From Nitrososphaeria archaeon (lineage in GTDB: Archaea > Thermoproteota > Nitrososphaeria > Conexivisphaerales > UBA164), in assembly GCA_046536595.1 (NCBI GenBank), contig JAWDMM010000002.1, positions 6,248 to 70,247 of the forward strand: 64,000 nucleotides of DNA. The letters are read 5' to 3'. Numbering within the stretch: position 1 is the first letter of the stretch; each line of letters starts with the position of its first letter. This document shows positions 59,156-64,000 of this stretch, in pieces. The position numbers were made by a program, and so were the translations under genes. Below the pieces are notes generated by a model. The model searched no databases and had not been told where the DNA came from. It was given only the letters and a program-made list of their open reading frames with translations.

Positions 59156-59547
59156 ACCACCTTAACATAAGACACATCAAAGTAACGTTTTAACAACAAC
59201 TTAATCTTTTCTATGTTTTGCCCCTTGGTTCCAAACACCAAACCTTTTTGTTCCTGTGGAACCTGGATTATTACCGTTTTTCCGCCATTTGGCGAAGTAG
59301 ATTCTTTAACGCTCAGGTTCACGTTTTCCCCCACCATACCCTTTACAAACTCTGCTAAATCATCAGAATAACCCACAATCACTATATCTTTCCTGATTGT
59401 TTTCTTAATATAACTTACGTTGCTCCCTTCTTTTCCTATAGCTTTTGCTATGTCGTCCTTCTTTACTACGACTATTATCCTGTTAAACTTGTCATCCCTT
59501 ATTACGTCCATAGGAAATATTCCTGATACTGAAGAAAACAGCTTCAT
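59152..59547 (-). CDS. nusA: Archaeal NusA-like protein (two KH domains)
   Basis: 131 aa with KH GxxG loops AIGKEGSNV and VFGTKGQNI. Canonical position between L30e and S12. Confidence 0.85.
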   Translation of the reverse strand: MKLFSSVSGIFPMDVIRDDKFNRIIVVVKKDDIAKAIGKEGSNVSYIKKTIRKDIVIVGYSDDLAEFVKGMVGENVNLSVKESTSPNGGKTVIIQVPQEQKGLVFGTKGQNIEKIKLLLKRYFDVSYVKVV

Positions 59548-59587
59548 AAAATTAATGTCGTCGTTTGTATACTTGATTTCTGACAGT

Positions 59588-59872
59588 TCAGCTCACCTTT
59601 TTCAGTTCTAGCTCTACCCTTTCGCTCAAGCTTTTCAGTCCAACGACTTTTACAGGATGGTTTCTTCCTAAAGCTCTTCCTAATTGATATGGGGATCCAT
59701 TGTACACTAACACTTTGGCATCCTTTGACGTTATAGAATCAACTTCATCTTTTTTCAAGTCTTTGGAATGAATGATTAATTTCATCATTTTTAAATCTTT
59801 CTTTACTTCTTTCAAACCCATAGCTATCTTTTTTTCCTGCGCGATTACCTTTAAAAGTTCTTCAATTCCCAT
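59588..59872 (-). CDS. rpl30e: Ribosomal protein eL30
   Basis: 94 aa, L7Ae/L30e fold pattern, canonical position directly after rpoA. Confidence 0.8.
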   Translation of the reverse strand: MGIEELLKVIAQEKKIAMGLKEVKKDLKMMKLIIHSKDLKKDEVDSITSKDAKVLVYNGSPYQLGRALGRNHPVKVVGLKSLSERVELELKKVS

Positions 59873-59882
59873 CTTTTTTCAC

Positions 59883-62800
59883 CTACATGTATATTTGAAC
59901 CATACCAGTGCCTACAGGTATGGTGGAGCCAACTATAACGTTTTCTGTTACTCCAAGAAGTTCATCTGAAAGGCCTCTGGCTGCAGCTTCAGCAATGGTC
60001 GGGACTGTTATTTCGAACGCTGCCTTTGCAAGCACGCTAGTTTTGAATCCAACTATTCCGTGCCTTCCAACAGGCAGCACGACGCCCCTGCTTGTCATGA
60101 TGTCAGCTATCAGCGAAACATGTCTGTAATCGACTTCAAGGCCCTGTTCGTTCAACACCTCAAGTATTTCCTTAATAAGCACGTTTCTTGCGGCCTCTAT
60201 GCCAAGTACGTTTGCCACTTCATGGATGTTGTTGGTTATAGTCCTTGTAGGATCTACGTGAGGGATTGCTAGTACTTTTGAAAGGTTAGATCCGCTGGTC
60301 TCTATCATCCATTCCCCTTCTTTGTTAACAACTGAAGCGTTTATAATTCCTGGAACACCGCTTATTCTCGAATTAAGCATCTTTTTCTGTATGGCTTGAA
60401 GTCCTGTCAGTTCATAGGTGTTAGCGTATACTGTTATCTGATTACCGTTAACTTCAATCTTTCTTTTACCCCCTTCGATCGATCTGGCCACTTCCTCTGG
60501 AGTAAGACCTCTGTCTTTTAATTTTTGAGGTGAGAGAGTGAAGACTATTATTCCATCAGTAGGTTCCACTGCAGTATCAGAAACAACGCTTTCAAGCTTT
60601 GTAAATATTATCGACCTTGCAACCTCCTGAGCCTTATCTGCTGACGATCTGTACTCTTCATCAAGATATATCTCCATTAACGGCGTTGTAGGCTCCTTAC
60701 GTGCATCAAGGAGTTCTATCAACCTTGGCAAACCAAGTGTTACATCTCTTTCTTTTACTCCTGCAAAGTGGAAGGTTCTGAGCGTCATCTGTGTACCGGG
60801 TTCTCCAACAGATTGAGCTGATACCACTCCTACCGCTTCTCCGGGTTCCACTAAGCTGTAAATGTATTTTTCAACTGTTTTGTTGCAGACTTCAGTCACT
60901 GCTTTTTCGCTTAATCCTGAACCCAGCAAGGCGTTTTCCAAATCTTTTACGAGCCTCGGATTTAATCTCTCCTTTACTTTTTCAACTTCTGACTTAATGT
61001 AACTTTGTGAAGCTGGCTTTCCAGAATCTGTTGTCTTGATTATTTCAACAAGCCTCTTTATGTTGACCGCAAGACCGTGATCGCTTTTTGATACGTCAAC
61101 ACCGTCTTCTCCGTACGTAAACTGTATGATCCCGCCTTCAGGATCCCTTACGGTAAGGTCGTACTCAACCCTCAGGTGTTCAAGAGCGTTTATAAGTCTT
61201 CTCTGTAGGTAACCGCTTTGCTGTGTCCTAACAGCTGTATCTACTAAGCCTTCTCTTCCTGCCATCGAATGGAACACAAACTCAAGTACGTTCAGGCCGT
61301 CCCTGAAACAGCTGCTCACGAAGCCTGTTGCTTCAGGGGTAATGTCTCCTTTCTTAAAGTGGCTCAAAGCCCTCTGTGTATAACCTCTAGTTATCCTCTT
61401 GCCCCTTATGCTTTGTTGTCCGAGCATTGCCATCATCTGCCCAAGGTTAAGGCTGCTTCCCCTTGCTCCTGTTCTGGCCATTATATAGCCGCTGTTTTCT
61501 TCGTTAATTACTCTTTCAACTACTTTAGCAGCTTTATCCCTGGCTTTACTCAGTTCGTTCATTATGTAGTTTTCCAGCATGTCTTCGGGCCTTACTCCTT
61601 TAAGTATGGGCAGCTTGTTTTCCCTGTACTGTGTTATATAGTTGAGAACGTTTTCGTATGCTTCTTTAACGACTTCCTTTAGCTGTCTTTTGACGTTTTC
61701 CGGTATTTCAAGCTCATCATATCCGTAAGAAAAGCCTCTACGGGTTAAGTGTTCAACGAACATCTTTAATAATGAGTTTAAAAGCTTTCTTGAAGTTTCA
61801 GGGCCGTAATCTTTAGTTATCCTGTGAAGCATACTATCGGGTTCTTCAGCCCCAAGAGAAGATTTATCGAGCACTCCGGAAATCAGTTGGCCGTTCTTAA
61901 CAAGTATATCGTTTTTAGCGCCTCCAACCCATTTGGACGTTCCGACAAAATTAAAGTCCTTTGGCAGGAAAAGAGATACGAGCTCTTTCCCAGTATAATA
62001 TTCCTTTTCTGGTATCTCCCCTTTATAACCTCCTACGTATGCAAGGTTCATCAGATCCTGTTTGCTCAGCTTTGTTTTATCTCTTGTAAGCATGTAAGCA
62101 CCGGTTATATAATCCCTTATAGCGCCCATGATCGGCGCTCCATATCTGGGCGTTATTATCTGGTTCTGAACTGCCATCAGATGCTTTGCCTCTGCCTGAG
62201 CGTCCAGGCTCTGAGGTACATGAAGGTTCATTTCGTCACCGTCAAAGTCAGCGTTGTAAGGCGGACACACAGCAGGATGTAACCTGAAAGTTCTGCCCGG
62301 CAGAACTTTTACAAAGTGCGCCATTATTGACATCCTGTGCAAAGAAGGCTGTCTGTTAAATAAGACGACATCGCCGTTCATTAAGTGCCTTTCCACAACA
62401 TAATCATACGTTAAAGTGTTTGCCAGAGATTCCCTATCCTGCACATAATCCAACCTTATCTTAATTCCATCAGGCCTTATGACGTAGTTAGCCCCTGGAT
62501 AGTTATCCGGCCCGTTCTTTACCATTTCTTTAAGGAAATCGATGTTCCAGGGGGTTACTCTTTCCGGGACTGTTAATCTTTTTGCTATTTCAAAAGGTAT
62601 TCCAACCTCAGCCATGTCTATGTTTGGATCCGGAGAAATAACAGTCCTGCTTGAGAAATCAACCCTTTTTCCTGAAAGGTTCCCTCTGAACCTACCTTCC
62701 TTACCCTTGAGCCTTTGTGCCAAAGTCCTTAGAGGCCTTCCTGACCTGTGATGAGCTTGAGGTATTCCAGAGACCTCATTGTCGAAATAAGTTGTTACGT

Positions 62801-63626
62801 GATACTGCAAAAGATCGGACAGATCCTGAATTATCAGCGGTGGAGTACCTGATTCTTTTGATTCAGCTACCCTCTGATTAACTCTCAGTATATCAACCAG
62901 CTTATGGGTTAGATCGTCTTCAGACCTTGTACCTGTTTCAAGTATTATGCTAGGTCTTACGGACACTGGCGGAACCGGCAGTACCTGAAGAACCATCCAT
63001 TCTGGTCTTGCAGACTTTGGATCGTATCCAAGAACTTCAACATCAGAATCGGAAATTCTTTCTAGCCACTCCCTTATCTGGGATGGCATAAGCCTAACTG
63101 GAGCTCCATCCTCAGTTATTTCGTGAAATGTATGAGGTTTTGTAAATTCAATCTCAAGTTTCTTTGCTCCGCAGTGTGGGCATATTTTTGTTTTCTTAGC
63201 TTTCGCAACTATCTCTTTTGTTATTTTTTGAAGGACAACCGGGCTGTTGTGTGATTCTTCAATTTGCTTTCTGTAAGCCTCTAATTCATCATCAGGCAAA
63301 AGAATTCTGCCGCACTTTTTACATGTAGTTACAAGGAACTTGTTAACGTCATCTACAAAAGCTATGTGCAGCACTGGTTCAGCCAGCTCTATATACCCAA
63401 AGTGACCTGGGCAGTTGCTCGCTGTATTTCCGCATGTTCCGCATTTTTGTCCCGGTTCAAGAACACCAAGACGGTTATCCATAAGTCCACCCTGCACTGG
63501 CATTCCGTCTTCATCGTATGTCTCTGGCACTGTTATTTCTACTACTGCATACTTTCTTATCTCAGCAGGAGACATCAAGGCAAACTTGATGGCACCTATC
63601 TTGTTTAAAAAGACGTTTTCACTCAT
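59883..63626 (-). CDS. rpoA: RNA polymerase largest subunit, A' and A'' portions in one uninterrupted ORF
   Basis: 1247 aa. A'-type motifs are CGTCGNTASNCPGHFGYIEL and YNADFDGDEMNLHVPQS. The A''-type trigger-loop region VGEPGTQMTLRTFHFAGV lies at about aa 941-957. There is no stop or restart at the expected junction (about 60959-61034). Confidence 0.9.
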   Translation of the reverse strand: MSENVFLNKIGAIKFALMSPAEIRKYAVVEITVPETYDEDGMPVQGGLMDNRLGVLEPGQKCGTCGNTASNCPGHFGYIELAEPVLHIAFVDDVNKFLVTTCKKCGRILLPDDELEAYRKQIEESHNSPVVLQKITKEIVAKAKKTKICPHCGAKKLEIEFTKPHTFHEITEDGAPVRLMPSQIREWLERISDSDVEVLGYDPKSARPEWMVLQVLPVPPVSVRPSIILETGTRSEDDLTHKLVDILRVNQRVAESKESGTPPLIIQDLSDLLQYHVTTYFDNEVSGIPQAHHRSGRPLRTLAQRLKGKEGRFRGNLSGKRVDFSSRTVISPDPNIDMAEVGIPFEIAKRLTVPERVTPWNIDFLKEMVKNGPDNYPGANYVIRPDGIKIRLDYVQDRESLANTLTYDYVVERHLMNGDVVLFNRQPSLHRMSIMAHFVKVLPGRTFRLHPAVCPPYNADFDGDEMNLHVPQSLDAQAEAKHLMAVQNQIITPRYGAPIMGAIRDYITGAYMLTRDKTKLSKQDLMNLAYVGGYKGEIPEKEYYTGKELVSLFLPKDFNFVGTSKWVGGAKNDILVKNGQLISGVLDKSSLGAEEPDSMLHRITKDYGPETSRKLLNSLLKMFVEHLTRRGFSYGYDELEIPENVKRQLKEVVKEAYENVLNYITQYRENKLPILKGVRPEDMLENYIMNELSKARDKAAKVVERVINEENSGYIMARTGARGSSLNLGQMMAMLGQQSIRGKRITRGYTQRALSHFKKGDITPEATGFVSSCFRDGLNVLEFVFHSMAGREGLVDTAVRTQQSGYLQRRLINALEHLRVEYDLTVRDPEGGIIQFTYGEDGVDVSKSDHGLAVNIKRLVEIIKTTDSGKPASQSYIKSEVEKVKERLNPRLVKDLENALLGSGLSEKAVTEVCNKTVEKYIYSLVEPGEAVGVVSAQSVGEPGTQMTLRTFHFAGVKERDVTLGLPRLIELLDARKEPTTPLMEIYLDEEYRSSADKAQEVARSIIFTKLESVVSDTAVEPTDGIIVFTLSPQKLKDRGLTPEEVARSIEGGKRKIEVNGNQITVYANTYELTGLQAIQKKMLNSRISGVPGIINASVVNKEGEWMIETSGSNLSKVLAIPHVDPTRTITNNIHEVANVLGIEAARNVLIKEILEVLNEQGLEVDYRHVSLIADIMTSRGVVLPVGRHGIVGFKTSVLAKAAFEITVPTIAEAAARGLSDELLGVTENVIVGSTIPVGTGMVQIYM

Positions 63627-63629
63627 ATC

Positions 63630-64000
63630 CTACACCTCCTCCTTAACCTTAACTCTGGGCGCAATCCCAAGACTCATAATCTCTTGTAAAAGCAGCTTAA
63701 AAGCGTATGCCACGTTCAGCGGAACTATTTTAACATCTGAACCGTCCTGAGGGCATTCAAGCTTCTTGGTTTTTGCGTTGTAATGGGCTAAAAGTCCGCA
63801 TCTTGTACAAACGTAAATGGTAGTTTTATCAGACTCTTCAAGCAACCTGTCCTTCAAAACCATAGCTGCACCGTACGCTACCAGACAATCCCTCTCCATT
63901 TCCCCAAACCTTAAACCTCCACCCCTCGACCTCCCTTCCGTAGGCTGTCTTGTAAGCATCTGTACCTGCCCTCTGGCCCTTGCATGTATTTTATCTGCAA
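63630..64000 (-). CDS. rpoB: RNA polymerase subunit B, C-terminal part (runs off the window)
   Basis: ..GGLRFGEMERDCLVAYGAAMVLKDRL..CTRCG..ECPQDG.. is the conserved RpoB C-terminus with its zinc ribbon. The frame is still open at 64000. Confidence 0.9.
   Translation of the reverse strand, partial: ADKIHARARGQVQMLTRQPTEGRSRGGGLRFGEMERDCLVAYGAAMVLKDRLLEESDKTTIYVCTRCGLLAHYNAKTKKLECPQDGSDVKIVPLNVAYAFKLLLQEIMSLGIAPRVKVKEEV

Noticed and set aside
1-64000. CRISPR arrays or other regularly spaced tandem repeats.
   Set aside because: Reading the spacers, I saw no series of 24-40 nt direct repeats with unique spacers. The only multi-copy sequences are the IS/MITE ends and IS remnants listed above.

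Overview
This is an archaeal chromosomal segment. The markers are archaeal-type LeuRS and AlaRS, Alba, an Sm protein, the EndA splicing endonuclease, Elp3, and an RNAP B/A - L30e - NusA - S12 - S7 operon. Coding DNA is AT-rich, while the tRNAs and SRP RNA are GC-rich.

Layout:
- 0-34.6 kb is mostly housekeeping: a hisG-B-H-A-F-I cluster, leuS, SRP RNA, alaS, pyk, thiolase/DUF35, elp3, the membrane pyrophosphatase hppA, endA, several MFS transporters, and a pilin-like gene pair.
- 34645-34879 holds three tRNAs (Ala-GGC, Leu-UAG, Arg-CCU) packed 1-2 nt apart.
- About 34.9-52.9 kb is an accessory mosaic full of mobile-element debris: a MITE, a decayed TnpB-only IS, an IS6-like copy with an intact 8-bp target duplication, and two deletion derivatives of one rve-type transposase.
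- Within that mosaic, 38.6-49.2 kb is visibly more AT-rich than the rest of the window.
- 52.9-64 kb returns to core genes.

The AT-rich block carries the two most interesting loci:
1. A translationally coupled pair of MutS-family ABC ATPases with no mismatch-binding or nuclease domain.
2. A six-gene, fully overlap-coupled complex related to group-4 [NiFe] hydrogenases and complex I. Its catalytic subunit has lost both CxxC nickel-iron ligand motifs (Ehr-like), and its NuoB-like subunit carries a fused one-cluster ferredoxin stub.

Other notable points:
- A single unsplit 1247-aa rpoA ORF covers both A' and A''.
- HisI is fused to a type I phosphoribosyltransferase domain instead of HisE.
- hisG has a conserved N-terminus but no canonical start codon.
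- A GC-rich 300-bp spacer after pyk looks like an unassigned structured RNA.

No CRISPR array was seen.
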